Source: an uncultured Campylobacter sp. (lineage in GTDB: Bacteria > Campylobacterota > Campylobacteria > Campylobacterales > Campylobacteraceae). Taken from it: a stretch of 64,000 nucleotides of DNA. Position 1 is the stretch's first letter. Each line of letters opens with the position of its first letter. Below, in pieces: positions 31,147 through 41,839 of the stretch. Under the pieces are notes generated by a model. That model was not told the origin of the DNA. It saw nothing but the letters and a program-made list of their open reading frames with translations, and did no database searches. A program made the position numbers and the translations under genes. The stretch lies in contig CAUQPE010000001.1 in assembly GCA_963519915.1 (NCBI GenBank), positions 1,191 through 65,190 on the forward strand. The letters run 5' to 3'.

Positions 31147-32172
31147 TTGGATATATTTTTTATCGAATTTAGAGACCCGATTTTCGGTCTCGTGGTGCTA
31201 GTCGCCGCGGTGCTCGTGATCGCCGTTTTTAGCTATGCGTGGGGCGTTTTTAAGGGCAAGGACGAAAAGGCGGAGATCGCGGGATTTTTAAAAAAATTCG
31301 GCAAATCTCAAGGCCTGAGCGACGAAAACAAGCAGCTTTTAATAAACTCGGGCGCAGATACGGCTACGATGTGCTTTTTGGCGGGGACGTTTTCAAAAAG
31401 CGGATATTTTGAAAAAGCTATCAACGTCTATGCCGTAGCTTTAGAGCGGGCTAAAAACCGCGCGGCAAAGGAGCAAATTTTCACCGATCTGGGTCAGACT
31501 TATTTTAAGGCGGGCTTTTTAGAGCGCGCAAAGAGCGTGTTTTTAGAGGCGCTAAAAATCTCTCCGCGAAATCAAATCGCGCTAAAATCCCTAACGATAA
31601 TTTTCGAAAAACTAAAAGACTATGAGGGCGCGCTACAGGCTTTGGATGCTTTACAGGAGCTTGGCAGCGACGTGAGAGCGCAGACGGCGTATATCAAGGC
31701 ACTGCAAATTTTAGCTGATAAAAGCAAGGACGAAGCTGGCAAAATCGGCGAAATTTTAGCGCTAAAAGATGAATTTGCGCTAGTGCGCCGAATGGCGATG
31801 GAGAGGCTAAATTTAAGCGGCTCGGCTCTTAAATATTTTAGCGATTTCCCGCCGCTAGGAGACGTTTTGGATTTGGTTTATTATCAAAACACGCCCGTAA
31901 ATTTAACCGATCCCGAGTACAAGAGCCTATTTTTCGTCAAAGGCATGAGCGACGAGGACGGCGCGCCGCTGGGCTTTGAGTTAGAGGTTTTAAAGAAGCT
32001 AAGGGCGGCAAACTACGACAAGGCCGCGCTTAGCTTTAACTACGTTTGCAAGAGCTGCAAAAACGCCTTTCCGATGCATTTTTACCGCTGTCCGATGTGT
32101 AGCGAATTAGGCAGCGTGCAAATTTTGCCTCACATCACGGAAAAATCCGATGAAAACAGTATGCCTTTTTAG
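31147..32172 (+). CDS. LapB/YciM-like TPR protein with C-terminal rubredoxin-like CxxC pairs
   Basis: N-terminal TM helix, TPR LGQTYFKAGFLERA and YVCKSC...YRCPMC. Start inferred at TTG 31147. Confidence 0.8.
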   Translation: MDIFFIEFRDPIFGLVVLVAAVLVIAVFSYAWGVFKGKDEKAEIAGFLKKFGKSQGLSDENKQLLINSGADTATMCFLAGTFSKSGYFEKAINVYAVALERAKNRAAKEQIFTDLGQTYFKAGFLERAKSVFLEALKISPRNQIALKSLTIIFEKLKDYEGALQALDALQELGSDVRAQTAYIKALQILADKSKDEAGKIGEILALKDEFALVRRMAMERLNLSGSALKYFSDFPPLGDVLDLVYYQNTPVNLTDPEYKSLFFVKGMSDEDGAPLGFELEVLKKLRAANYDKAALSFNYVCKSCKNAFPMHFYRCPMCSELGSVQILPHITEKSDENSMPF

Positions 32173-32587
32173 CGACGGCTCGTGCCTGGACAACCCCGGC
32201 CCCGGCGGCTGGGCGTACATCCTAGAGTACGGCGAGCACAAAAAAACGGCAAGCGGCGGCGAGGCGCACACGACGAATAATCAAATGGAACTGCGCGCTG
32301 CGATCGAGGGGCTAAAGGCGCTCAAACAGCCCTGCCGCGTAAAGCTCTACACCGATAGCTCATACGTCGCAAACGCCGTAAATGCGTGGCTAGAGGGCTG
32401 GGTAAAGAAAAGCTTTAAAAACGTAAAAAACGTCCCGCTGTGGCAGGAGTATCTGGCCGCTAGCGAGCCGCACGATGTTGAGGCGATCTGGGTCAAAGGC
32501 CACGCCGGACACCTGCAAAACGAGCTTTGCGACGAGATGGCGCGCGAGCAAGCCGTAAAGATCAAAAATAGCTTAAAAGGCGAATAA
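32150..32587 (+). CDS. rnhA: Ribonuclease HI
   Basis: SDGSCLDNPGPGGW, TTNNQMEL, TDSSYV and WVKGHAG motifs. Confidence 0.97.
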   Translation: MKTVCLFSDGSCLDNPGPGGWAYILEYGEHKKTASGGEAHTTNNQMELRAAIEGLKALKQPCRVKLYTDSSYVANAVNAWLEGWVKKSFKNVKNVPLWQEYLAASEPHDVEAIWVKGHAGHLQNELCDEMAREQAVKIKNSLKGE

Positions 32588-33255
32588 TGCGAAATTTGGA
32601 AGAAAAATTAGGATATAAATTTAAAGACGAAAAGCTGCTAAAAACCGCGCTCACGCACAAAAGCGTAAAAGGCGGCGCAAACAACGAAAGGCTCGAGTTT
32701 TTGGGCGATGCGGTGATGGATCTGGTGATCGGGGATTATCTTTTTCACAAATTTTCGCGCCTAAGCGAAGGTGATCTAAGCAAACTAAGAGCCGCGCTCG
32801 TAAATGAAAAAAGCTTCGCCGAGCTGGCTAAATATCTAAATTTAGGCCAACTCATCAATATCTCTCCGGCCGAGGAGCACAACGGCGGACGAGCAAAAGC
32901 CTCGATCCTATCGGACGCCTTCGAGGCGCTGATGGGCGCGATCTACCTAGAAAGCGGCTTTGACGCCGTGCGCGCGGCTAGCCTAAAAGCCTTTGAGAGA
33001 TGCTATCCCGACATAAATTTCGACCGCATGGTAAAAGACTACAAAACCGCGCTGCAAGAGCTCACTCAAGCGCGCTTCGCCGAGATACCAAAATACGTGC
33101 TGGTGGGCTCAAAAGGCCCCGATCACAAGAAGGAATTTGAGATCGCGCTGATGCTAAACGAGCGCGAGATCTCGCGAGCCGCGGGCAAGAGCAAAAAAGA
33201 AGCCGAGCAAAAAGCCGCCAAAACCGCGCTTGAGATTTTAGGAGAGGGCAAGTGA
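32587..33255 (+). CDS. rnc: Ribonuclease III
   Basis: NERLEFLGDAV signature and dsRBD DYKTALQE...GPDH.K.F. Confidence 0.98.
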   Translation: MRNLEEKLGYKFKDEKLLKTALTHKSVKGGANNERLEFLGDAVMDLVIGDYLFHKFSRLSEGDLSKLRAALVNEKSFAELAKYLNLGQLINISPAEEHNGGRAKASILSDAFEALMGAIYLESGFDAVRAASLKAFERCYPDINFDRMVKDYKTALQELTQARFAEIPKYVLVGSKGPDHKKEFEIALMLNEREISRAAGKSKKEAEQKAAKTALEILGEGK

Positions 33256-34460
33256 ACATCTTTGGACGCAAACTAACGCTAACGACGTTTGGCGAGAGTC
33301 ACGGGGTGGCGATCGGTGGCGTGCTAGACGGCTTTCCCGCAGGCGTGCGTATCGATTTAAATTTTATCCAAAGCGAGCTTGACAAACGAAAACCGGGCGG
33401 CTCGAAATTTGCCACGGCCAGGAGCGAAGGCGACCGCGTCGAGATTTTAAGCGGCGTGTTTGATGGCCTGAGCACGGGCACTCCGATCGGCTTTATCATC
33501 CGAAACGAAAATCAAAAATCGGGCGATTATGAAAATTTACGCGAGCTCTTTCGCCCCGGGCATGCAGACTACGCCTACTACCGCAAATACGGCATACGCG
33601 ACCACAGAGGCGGCGGACGCAGCTCGGCTAGAGAGACGGCCGTGCGCGTGGCTGGCGGCGCGATAGCTCAAATTTTGCTGGGCGAATTTGGCATGAGCGT
33701 ACAAAGCGGCGTGGCTAGCGTGGGTGAGATATCGTGCGGCAAGCAGCCGGATTTTGAGCTGGCGGCGCGCTCGGAGATATTTTCGCTAGGCAACGAAGAG
33801 GCGATGAAAGAAGAAATCCTAAAAGCCAAGCGTGATCACGACAGCGTCGGAGCTAGCGTCGTCACGGTTATCCGTGGCGCGCCGGCCGGGCTTGGCGAGG
33901 GGCTATACTATAAATTTGATGCAGCCATCGCGGCTGCGATGATGGGCATAAACGGCGTCAAAGCCGTAGAGATCGGCGAGGGTGTAAACGCAAGCAAGAT
34001 GCACGGCAGCGAAAATAACGACTCGATGAGTGCGGCGTATGCGCGCGTAAATTTGACCGACTCGGCTCTAGGCGGCTCGGGTGAGCTATCAAATTTAAAC
34101 GGCAGCAAATTTGACGAATGCAAAAGCGAGGCGGACGGCGCGGCTTGCTGCGGCTCAAATTCGGACGAAAAATTCGGATTCGCCTCAAATCACGCGGGCG
34201 GAACGCTGGGCGGCATGACGAGCGGACAAGAAGTCGTGATAAAGACGCATTTTAAGCCGACTCCGTCGATATTTTTATCTCAGCCGACGCAAAACGTACG
34301 CGGCGAAGACGTCATCTGCGAGCTGCGCGGACGGCACGATCCGTGTATCGGAGTGCGCGGTAGCGTCGTAGCAACCGCGATGGCGAGGCTAGTAACAGCC
34401 GATATGCTACTTTTAAATTTGAGCGCAAATCTAGCAAATTTAAAGAAAATTTACGACTAA
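33252..34460 (+). CDS. aroC: Chorismate synthase (with an internal insertion of about 45 aa)
   Basis: TFGESHG, RPGHAD, RGGGRSSARET, FKPTPSI and GRHDPC motifs. Confidence 0.97.
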   Translation: MNIFGRKLTLTTFGESHGVAIGGVLDGFPAGVRIDLNFIQSELDKRKPGGSKFATARSEGDRVEILSGVFDGLSTGTPIGFIIRNENQKSGDYENLRELFRPGHADYAYYRKYGIRDHRGGGRSSARETAVRVAGGAIAQILLGEFGMSVQSGVASVGEISCGKQPDFELAARSEIFSLGNEEAMKEEILKAKRDHDSVGASVVTVIRGAPAGLGEGLYYKFDAAIAAAMMGINGVKAVEIGEGVNASKMHGSENNDSMSAAYARVNLTDSALGGSGELSNLNGSKFDECKSEADGAACCGSNSDEKFGFASNHAGGTLGGMTSGQEVVIKTHFKPTPSIFLSQPTQNVRGEDVICELRGRHDPCIGVRGSVVATAMARLVTADMLLLNLSANLANLKKIYD

Positions 34461-35217
34461 CTCCAAGATAAACCGCGCCCCAAACTAAGCTGAGTAAAAC
34501 GGACGCTACGCGCGTTTGGGCGAGTCGGCCACAAATACGTAAAATCCCGCCGCGAAATTTATAAAAAAATCGGACATTTTTGCGCGCGGCAAAGACGTTT
34601 GGCAAATTTATATTTATTATATAAATGGCGAGAAAAACGGCGTAACGGACATATTTTATATAAAAATATCTCACACGGCGGCTTAGAAAATTTGCTCGCA
34701 GGCGCCATAAAATATCTAAAATTTATGTAATAAATCATAGAAAAACAGAGCGTGGCAAGGAGCTAGGAGCGCGTAAATTTAGACTCTTTAACCCTAACGG
34801 CAAGAAAAAGTACATCCTAAAAATACTTGCCAAACAGACTACAAGGCACGAAAATCTAAACCTTGGCACGATATTTATGCAGACGAGTCTATTTATGGCG
34901 TTTACGAGGAGTTTTGTAGATCTCTAAAACATCTCCCGCAAAATAAGCCAAATTTGCAGTTTTACGCTACGTCGAACGGGAGCTGTCCTGGGGATCAGAA
35001 GTATGCGTAAATATCAAATTTACTCTTGTTTTCTTGTAAAATCAAATTCGACAACTAGGCCGTATTACATAAATTAGGTCACTCATAAGGTCGCCGATAA
35101 AACAGTTAAATTTAAAGACATTCTAGTTTTAGTTTTTTGATGTTCATATGAAAAATTCGTAAAATTTGCCGTCGCGCAAATGTTCAATCTATTTTACGAA
35201 AACAAGGCTGCACGAAG

Positions 35218-35793
35218 TCAAATTTGCTCATCAAACAGCCCGCGTTCAAAGCTTTTCACGCGAAAGCTGCGCCTTTGCAGCGGCGAGTCGCCCAGTTTTG
35301 CTACTGCGTCCAGATGCGCCTTCGTACCGTAGCCTTTGTGTGCGGCGTATCCGTAGCCCGTATGTACGCCGTCCCACGCCGTCATCAGCGCGTCGCGGCT
35401 TACTTTGGCTAGGATGCTGGCCGCGCTTACTTGTGCCACTTTGCCGTCGGCTCCGATCATGGTTTTTACGCCCGTGCCGTAGTTTGCGTTGCCGTCGTAG
35501 AGCAGCTCGTAGCCCGCAAAATGCGACTTAAACAACCGCAGCGCGCGCCTAAGACACTCGCTAAGGCCTAGCTGGTCGATTTGCTCGTTTGAAAAATACG
35601 CGATGAGAAATTCCGAGTTTCCAGCGATCTCTTTAAACAACTCCTCGCGCCGCTTCGCCGTTAGTTTTTTAGAGTCGTTTAGCCCCGCTATCTCGCGTTT
35701 TAGTACGCATCCAGCTACCGCCATGGGGCCAGCCAGCGCGCCGCGTCCGGCCTCGTCGATACCGCAGAGTTGGGTGTCAGATTTGTTTTTCAT
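35218..35793 (-). CDS. rnhB: Ribonuclease HII
   Basis: [32 protein letters not shown] and HKGYGT motifs. Confidence 0.96.
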   Translation of the reverse strand: MKNKSDTQLCGIDEAGRGALAGPMAVAGCVLKREIAGLNDSKKLTAKRREELFKEIAGNSEFLIAYFSNEQIDQLGLSECLRRALRLFKSHFAGYELLYDGNANYGTGVKTMIGADGKVAQVSAASILAKVSRDALMTAWDGVHTGYGYAAHKGYGTKAHLDAVAKLGDSPLQRRSFRVKSFERGLFDEQI

Positions 35794-35878
35794 CACTATG
35801 CTTTCAAATAAATTTTGTAAATTTTAAGCTATCAAATTTTGCTTTCCATTTTTCAAGGTTTTTGAGGGTAGAATTTAG

Positions 35879-36760
35879 CTAAAACAGCCCGAAATTTTGC
35901 TTTAAATTCTCTTTGATAGGCTCAAGCGGTAGCGAAACTTCGCTATTTTTGCTGCCGACTGCACCGTCAAAAAACGTAATCCCGCTTGGCGAGAGCGTAA
36001 AATTTTCGCTCGGAGTTATCTTTTCTTTTGCGAAAATCGCAGTCAAATTTGCGTCGTTTAAATCCTTAAAAACGTCGCCAAAATTTATCTTTTTTAGATT
36101 TTTTAGCCAGACGGTTTTGCAGATTTTCCCGCCGGCGCTGACTTCACATACGCTTCTTATTTTGCCGTTTTGATACTCGAGGTTATTTAGCGCGTTTGCG
36201 GCGTTTTTTGAGGGGTCTTTGAGCCATGTCGTTTTAAAATTTTCAAGTTTTGCGGCGAGGGATTTTTTGTTATTTTGCGCAAATTTTGGTGCATAAAAGT
36301 CGCTCGCGACGGCTTCAAATCGCGCCCCGTTTCGTCCGATCTCTTGCAGCCCAAGCGTGGTAAAATCATAGCTTGCAACCTGTTTTAGCACGGCCTTTCG
36401 CGCCTTGCCTCTGATCGCTAGTTTGCCCGTTAGTTCGCCGTTATCCGCTTTTACGCTTAGATTTAGCCACTCGGTGACTGCGTTTACGGCCGTTATATCG
36501 GCGCCCGATCTTTCGATGTTGCCTTTACTGAAGTCGTATCTGGCACCCTCAAAAAATGCGTGCCCTTGAAATTTGGGCGGCAAAATGGCGCCCTTGTCGC
36601 TAAAATTTTCAAACTCGGCCTCGAGCTCGCTGATGTAGAGCTCAAATTTACTCCCGTCCGCCTCGCCTGCAAATTTATAAATTTTACCCTCGTTTTCGTG
36701 CCTGATCTCGTAGCCTAGCGCCAAAACGCAGGCCAAAAATATCGCCGCAATCGCTCTCAT
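35879..36760 (-). CDS. Hypothetical secreted protein
   Basis: Signal peptide MRAIAAIFLACVLALG after an AAGGAG SD; about 293 aa. Confidence 0.7.
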   Translation of the reverse strand: MRAIAAIFLACVLALGYEIRHENEGKIYKFAGEADGSKFELYISELEAEFENFSDKGAILPPKFQGHAFFEGARYDFSKGNIERSGADITAVNAVTEWLNLSVKADNGELTGKLAIRGKARKAVLKQVASYDFTTLGLQEIGRNGARFEAVASDFYAPKFAQNNKKSLAAKLENFKTTWLKDPSKNAANALNNLEYQNGKIRSVCEVSAGGKICKTVWLKNLKKINFGDVFKDLNDANLTAIFAKEKITPSENFTLSPSGITFFDGAVGSKNSEVSLPLEPIKENLKQNFGLF

Positions 36761-36771
36761 AACCGCTCCTT

Positions 36772-37866
36772 TTATATGCCCAGCGCCCAGCGAGAAAACG
36801 GCGCGACCTCGCATTTTATGCCCTCTACGCTCGTCTCGCCGGAGTTCGCCACGCTGATTGCTTGTAGCCTATTTATACCTAAATTTTTTAAATTTGCGTG
36901 TAGTTTTTTAAATTTTAAAAAGACCAAATCCGCATCGTTAAACGGCGAGCAAATGATAGCAAGTTTCCTTTTCGGCAGGAAAAAATCAAGCTCTTTTGTA
37001 TAAAAAATCTGCTCATTAAATTTGGCCAATTCGCAAAAAACCGTGTTGTTGAAATTTTTAGCGAAGTCCTTTTTTAGGCTTAGCGCGCTTTTAAACGCAA
37101 AGTCGTTAAAATAAAGTCTCTTTGTGGCGTTTGGCTCGTTAAATTTTTCTACCAGGCTAACCGCGCTCATGTTTTCTAGCTCGCTAAGCGCGCCATAAAC
37201 GCTATCTTTTGAGATTTTGCGCGTAGATTTTAGCGTGCTAAAAATCTCAAAAACGCTCACGTTTTGCGCCTGAGCCTTCGCGCACTCTTTTAGTACTGCT
37301 AACTGCGTGGCGGAGAGTGAGGATTTTAGCGCGGTCTGTAGATTTGCCGCGACGTTTTCGGGGTCGCAAAAGGCCGACGCAGGACTCCTGCCGTGGAGCA
37401 AAAAGTGGCTAAAAAGCGTCTCGGGATCGATCTTTTTTGAAAAAAAGGCGATAAATTCCTCGTAGTCTAAAAAATCCAAATTTAGCTCGTTAAAGCCGTT
37501 TAAATTTGTATCTTTAAACCGCGAGGCGACAATAAAATTTGATAAATTTAGCTCCAAAATCGGCTCAAATTTATCCCAAAATCTCTTCTCGAAATCATCG
37601 ATCGCTAGAATTTTTATCTGAGGATTTTGGCGTAAAAACTCGGATAAATTTGATAAAATTTCATCTGCGTCTATGCGAAGGTCGCCTAAATTTACGTACA
37701 AATACTCTTTGCTCTCAAATGCCGATAAAAAACCCGCGATCAGCGAGGTTTTGCCGCTTCCTATACCGCCCTTTATCAGCGTTTTTGGCGCTGTGATTTC
37801 AAATTTTCTATTTATAAATTTGACGTTTTTCGGCGGGCTTTGGTAGAGAGCGTTTAGAGTTTGCAT
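36772..37866 (-). CDS. AAA+ ATP-binding protein (AAA_14/DUF4143-like)
   Basis: Walker A GGIGSGKTS, Walker B LAIDD, LDYEEF and KRLYFND motifs. Confidence 0.8.
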   Translation of the reverse strand: MQTLNALYQSPPKNVKFINRKFEITAPKTLIKGGIGSGKTSLIAGFLSAFESKEYLYVNLGDLRIDADEILSNLSEFLRQNPQIKILAIDDFEKRFWDKFEPILELNLSNFIVASRFKDTNLNGFNELNLDFLDYEEFIAFFSKKIDPETLFSHFLLHGRSPASAFCDPENVAANLQTALKSSLSATQLAVLKECAKAQAQNVSVFEIFSTLKSTRKISKDSVYGALSELENMSAVSLVEKFNEPNATKRLYFNDFAFKSALSLKKDFAKNFNNTVFCELAKFNEQIFYTKELDFFLPKRKLAIICSPFNDADLVFLKFKKLHANLKNLGINRLQAISVANSGETSVEGIKCEVAPFSRWALGI

Positions 37867-37963
37867 TTTTAGCCTTTTAAATTTGGAAAATTATAGCAAA
37901 GTTTCCTTATAAAGAGGAAGCTAATTAAAATTTGACGCCAAAAAACAAGGGTAAATTTAACGA

Positions 37964-37995
37964 TTTTTTTTAAAAAAAAAGGGGGGGGATAGAAT
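37964..37995 (+). repeat. Abutting homopolymers T8-A9-G8 directly upstream of a TAGAAT -10 box
   Basis: T 37964-37971, A 37972-37980, G 37981-37988, TAGAAT 37990-37995. Confidence 0.9.
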
Positions 37996-38026
37996 GCGTT
38001 AAATTTTTATTTGAAAGGCGGATATT

Positions 38027-38673
38027 ATGAAAAAAATTATGGTTTTTGGTCTGATGTCAATAAGCGCTTTGGCGATAGACAATCCGATGGCAGATATACT
38101 AAAGGACTATGAAAACAAGTGTAATGCCGGAGACGAGATGGCGTGCGGCGTAGCGGGCGGAGTTTATGATTTTGCCTTTGAGGTGTACGGGGTAAAGCAA
38201 GACTACGGCAAGGCGATGAAATTTTATAAAAAGGGCTGCGATAATGGAAACTACAGGTCGTGCAATAATCTAGGCTTTATGTACGAAAATGAAAAAGGCG
38301 TAAAGCGGGACTACAAAAAAGCGTTTGAGTTATATGCTAAATCTTGTGATGTCGGAAACGACGCGCTCGGTTGTAGAAATCTTGGATTTTTGTATATCAA
38401 TAAGCATGTTTCAGGTATAAATGAGAAGCAAGCGTTTTTGGAAGGATTTGGGCGTGTTAAAAAAAGCTGCGACATCACGCCGGATTTTACTGCTTGCAGC
38501 TTTTGGGCGATATATACTTAGAATTAAATGAGAAAAACGACGCAATGAAATATTATCAAAGAGCATGTACTGCCGGGGCTACCGATAATGTTGTTCAATC
38601 TTTTGAAGAAGGCGTTAAGCTTTGGCAACTAACCTGCGCAATGTACGAACTTTTAAAGCAAGGCTCAAGGTGA
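38027..38673 (+). pseudogene. Secreted Cys-rich Sel1-repeat (Hcp-like) protein with a 1-nt frameshift
   Basis: Signal peptide and SLR repeats (CNNLGFMYENEKGVKRDYKKAFELYAKSC). Adding one T to the T4 at 38501-38504 gives CSFLGDIY...AMKYYQRAC and a stop at 38671-38673. Confidence 0.8.
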
Positions 38674-38821
38674 TTTTAAAATTTGGACATGACTTTAAAC
38701 TGTCCAAATTTATCCCAAATTAAATTTAAATATTTCTCTTCAAATTTTCAGCCAAATTTACAAAAACTTCCTTATAAAAAGGAAATAATTTTATTAAATT
38801 TCACCAAATTTGCTCAAAATA

Positions 38822-38850
38822 TTGACATTAAAAAGCCATTTGGATAAAAT
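38822..38850 (+). promoter_or_regulatory. S10 operon sigma70 promoter
   Basis: TTGACA, 17 nt, TAAAAT. Confidence 0.85.
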
Positions 38851-38915
38851 CCGAGTCTCTTACACAAGTAAGAAGTGTCGTATGTTTGCGACAAGTTCTA
38901 TTCAAAGGAAAGAAA

Positions 38916-39227
38916 ATGGAAAGAATCAGGCTTAAGCTTAAAGCTTATGACCATAGAGTTCTCGACCGCACAGTTGCAGCCATAGTAGAAGCTGTCAAAC
39001 GAACGGGCGCCGACGTCAGAGGTCCGGTGCCGATGCCTACGAAGATCAAACGCTACACGGTCTTAAAATCACCACACATCAACAAAGACTCACGAGAGCA
39101 GTTTGAAATGAGAATTCACGCTAGAATGCTAGATATCGTAGCGGCTACGCCCGATACCGTCGACTCGCTAACAAAGCTTGACTTAGCCCCTGAGGTTAAC
39201 GTCGAAGTCCGCGCGATGGGCAAATAA
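38916..39227 (+). CDS. rpsJ: 30S ribosomal protein S10
   Basis: [17 protein letters not shown]...[13 protein letters not shown]. Confidence 0.98.
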   Translation: MERIRLKLKAYDHRVLDRTVAAIVEAVKRTGADVRGPVPMPTKIKRYTVLKSPHINKDSREQFEMRIHARMLDIVAATPDTVDSLTKLDLAPEVNVEVRAMGK

Positions 39228-39241
39228 AGGCGAGGTGAAAG

Positions 39242-39820
39242 ATGGAATATATCGTAGAAAAAATAGGCATGAGCAGAACGGTAAACAACCCAAGCATCCC
39301 CGTTACGCTTCTAAAGGTCGTAAACGCTAAAGTTTGCGAAGTGAGCGAATGCGGCAGTGCGATAGTAGCTTATGCTAAAGGTAAAGCAAAAAATAAAGCC
39401 ATAGAGGGTCAGCAAAAAAAATATAGCCTAACGGCGGAATTTAATAAATTCGCAACCCTACAAGTCGCCAATAAAGAGGCCGGCGATCTTGATTTTAGTC
39501 CGCTTAGCTCGGCTAAAATTTTAAAAGTTAGCTTCAGCTCAAAAGGTAAAGGCTATCAAGGCGTCGTGAAAAGACACGGCTTTGGCGGCGGTCCGAAAAG
39601 TCACGGTTCTCGCTTCCACAAAAGACACGGCTCTATCGGTAACCGCGAGTGGCCGGGACGCGTTCAGCCTGGTATGAAGATGGCCGGACACACCGGAAAC
39701 GAAAAAGTTACCGTTAAAAACGAGATCGTAAGCTTTGACGCCGAAAACGGAATTTTGGTTTTAAAAGGCAGCGTCGCTGGCTATAACGGCGCAATGGGCA
39801 GAATAAGGATAGTAAAATGA
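39242..39820 (+). CDS. rplC: 50S ribosomal protein L3
   Basis: [21 protein letters not shown]; operon position. Confidence 0.98.
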   Translation: MEYIVEKIGMSRTVNNPSIPVTLLKVVNAKVCEVSECGSAIVAYAKGKAKNKAIEGQQKKYSLTAEFNKFATLQVANKEAGDLDFSPLSSAKILKVSFSSKGKGYQGVVKRHGFGGGPKSHGSRFHKRHGSIGNREWPGRVQPGMKMAGHTGNEKVTVKNEIVSFDAENGILVLKGSVAGYNGAMGRIRIVK

Positions 39821-40431
39821 GTAAAGTTTGCGTATTAAACGAAAAATTTGAAAAAGCTAGCGAGCTTGATCTACCGGCTAATTACGCTGAGATCAACCCG
39901 CACAACCTATATCTTTACGTTAAGTCTTATTTGTCTGGCATGCGTTCAAATTCGGCTCACACCAAAACCAGAGCCTTCGTAAGCGGCGGCGGTAAAAAAC
40001 CGTGGAGACAAAAAGGTCGCGGCGGCGCTAGAGCGGGCTCAACCAGAACTAACGTCTGGGTAGGCGGCGCGGTGGCGTTTGGTCCGAGCAACGAGCGAAA
40101 CTACTTCCAAAAGGTCAATAAAAAGCAAAAAAGATTGGCGCTTGAGTTCGCGCTAAACGAAAAAGCTAACGCGGGTAAAATTTTCGCGGTAGATAGCATA
40201 GAGATCGCAAGCGGCAAGACTAAAGACGCGGCTAAAATAATCAGCGCGTTAAATTTGAGAGACGCCTTGGTCGTAAAAGATCTGCTTGACGACAACACGC
40301 TATTGGCGTTTAGAAATCTATCAAACTGCTATCTAATCGATGCGAGCGAGATAAACGCTTACTTAGTGGCGACTTACGGTGCCGTCGTTATCGAGAAGGC
40401 CGCACTTGAAACTATAATAAAAGAGGGCTGA
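39817..40431 (+). CDS. rplD: 50S ribosomal protein L4
   Basis: [19 protein letters not shown]. Confidence 0.98.
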   Translation: MSKVCVLNEKFEKASELDLPANYAEINPHNLYLYVKSYLSGMRSNSAHTKTRAFVSGGGKKPWRQKGRGGARAGSTRTNVWVGGAVAFGPSNERNYFQKVNKKQKRLALEFALNEKANAGKIFAVDSIEIASGKTKDAAKIISALNLRDALVVKDLLDDNTLLAFRNLSNCYLIDASEINAYLVATYGAVVIEKAALETIIKEG

Positions 40432-40432
40432 A

Positions 40433-40714
40433 ATGGCAGATATAACTGATATCAAAACGATTTTATATACGGAAAAAACTCTCGGTCTTCAAGAGCAAGG
40501 CGTGGTCGTTATACAAACTTCGCCTAAGATGACTAAAAATAGGCTGAAAGAAATTTTGAAAGAATATTTTGGGGTAACGCCACTTCGCGTAAATTCGCTT
40601 AGAATCGACGGAAAAGTTAAGCGTTTCAAAGGAAGAGAAGGACAACGCAACGAGATAAAGAAATTTTACGTTCAGTTGCCTGAAGGCTCAAGCCTAGAAA
40701 ACACGGAGGCGTAA
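40433..40714 (+). CDS. rplW: 50S ribosomal protein L23
   Basis: TEK...GKVKRF...KKFYV; operon position. Confidence 0.96.
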   Translation: MADITDIKTILYTEKTLGLQEQGVVVIQTSPKMTKNRLKEILKEYFGVTPLRVNSLRIDGKVKRFKGREGQRNEIKKFYVQLPEGSSLENTEA

Positions 40715-40715
40715 G

Positions 40716-41546
40716 ATGGCGATAAAAACCTATAAACCTTATACACCTAGCCGCAGATTTATGACGGGCTTATCGAGCGAGGATATCACTGCTAAACCTA
40801 GCGTGAGAAGCCTGCTTGTAAAGATCCCTGTAAGCGGCGGTAGAAATAGCAACGGAAGAATAACTTCTAGACATAAAGAAGGCGGAGCGAAGAAGCTTTA
40901 TAGAATCATCGACTTTAAGCGCCGCAAATTCGGTATCGAAGGTAAAGTTGAAGCTATCGAGTACGATCCAAACAGAAACTGCCGCATCGCGCTTATCGCT
41001 TATAAAGACGGCGAGAAACGCTATATCATCAGACCAAACGGACTAAACGTTGGCGATGTCGTAGCAGCAGCAGAGGCAGGCCTAGACATAAAACCCGGTA
41101 ACGCGATGAAACTAAGAAACATCCCGGTTGGTACCATCGTACACAACGTGGAGCTAAAACCAGGCAAGGGTGCTCAGATGGCTCGTTCAGCCGGCGGTTA
41201 TGCTCAGCTAATGGGTAAAGAGGAAAAATACGTAATGCTTCGCTTACCAAGCGGCGAGATGAGACAAGTACTTGCAGAGTGCATGGCTAGTATCGGCGTA
41301 GTAGGTAACGAAGATTGGGCGAACGTAACTATCGGTAAAGCCGGACGTAATCGCCACAGAGGTATCCGTCCTCAAACTCGCGGTTCTGCGATGAACCCGG
41401 TAGATCACCCGCACGGCGGTGGTGAGGGCAAGAAAAACTCAGGCCGTCATCCTGTTACTCCATGGGGTAAACCGACTAAAGGTGCTAAGACTCGCCGCAA
41501 GAAGGCTAGCGATAAGCTTATAATTTCAAGAAGGAAAGGAAAATAG
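40716..41546 (+). CDS. rplB: 50S ribosomal protein L2
   Basis: [17 protein letters not shown]. Confidence 0.99.
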   Translation: MAIKTYKPYTPSRRFMTGLSSEDITAKPSVRSLLVKIPVSGGRNSNGRITSRHKEGGAKKLYRIIDFKRRKFGIEGKVEAIEYDPNRNCRIALIAYKDGEKRYIIRPNGLNVGDVVAAAEAGLDIKPGNAMKLRNIPVGTIVHNVELKPGKGAQMARSAGGYAQLMGKEEKYVMLRLPSGEMRQVLAECMASIGVVGNEDWANVTIGKAGRNRHRGIRPQTRGSAMNPVDHPHGGGEGKKNSGRHPVTPWGKPTKGAKTRRKKASDKLIISRRKGK

Positions 41547-41548
41547 AG

Positions 41549-41830
41549 ATGGCAAGATCACTCAAAAAAGGACCTTTTGTCGATGAGCATGTAATGAAAA
41601 AAGTCGTTGCCGCTAAAAAAGCTAACGACAACAAGCCGATAAAAACATGGTCTAGACGCAGCACGATAGTGCCTGAAATGATAGGCCTAACGTTTAACGT
41701 TCATAACGGCAAGAGCTTCATTCCAGTATACGTTACTGAAAACCACATCGGATATAAACTAGGCGAATTTGCTCCTACGCGCACATTTAAGGGTCACAAA
41801 GGCTCAGTGCAAAAGAAAATCGGTAAGTAA
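41549..41830 (+). CDS. rpsS: 30S ribosomal protein S19
   Basis: [12 protein letters not shown]...KLGEFAPTR. Confidence 0.99.
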   Translation: MARSLKKGPFVDEHVMKKVVAAKKANDNKPIKTWSRRSTIVPEMIGLTFNVHNGKSFIPVYVTENHIGYKLGEFAPTRTFKGHKGSVQKKIGK

Positions 41831-41839
41831 GGGGATAAG

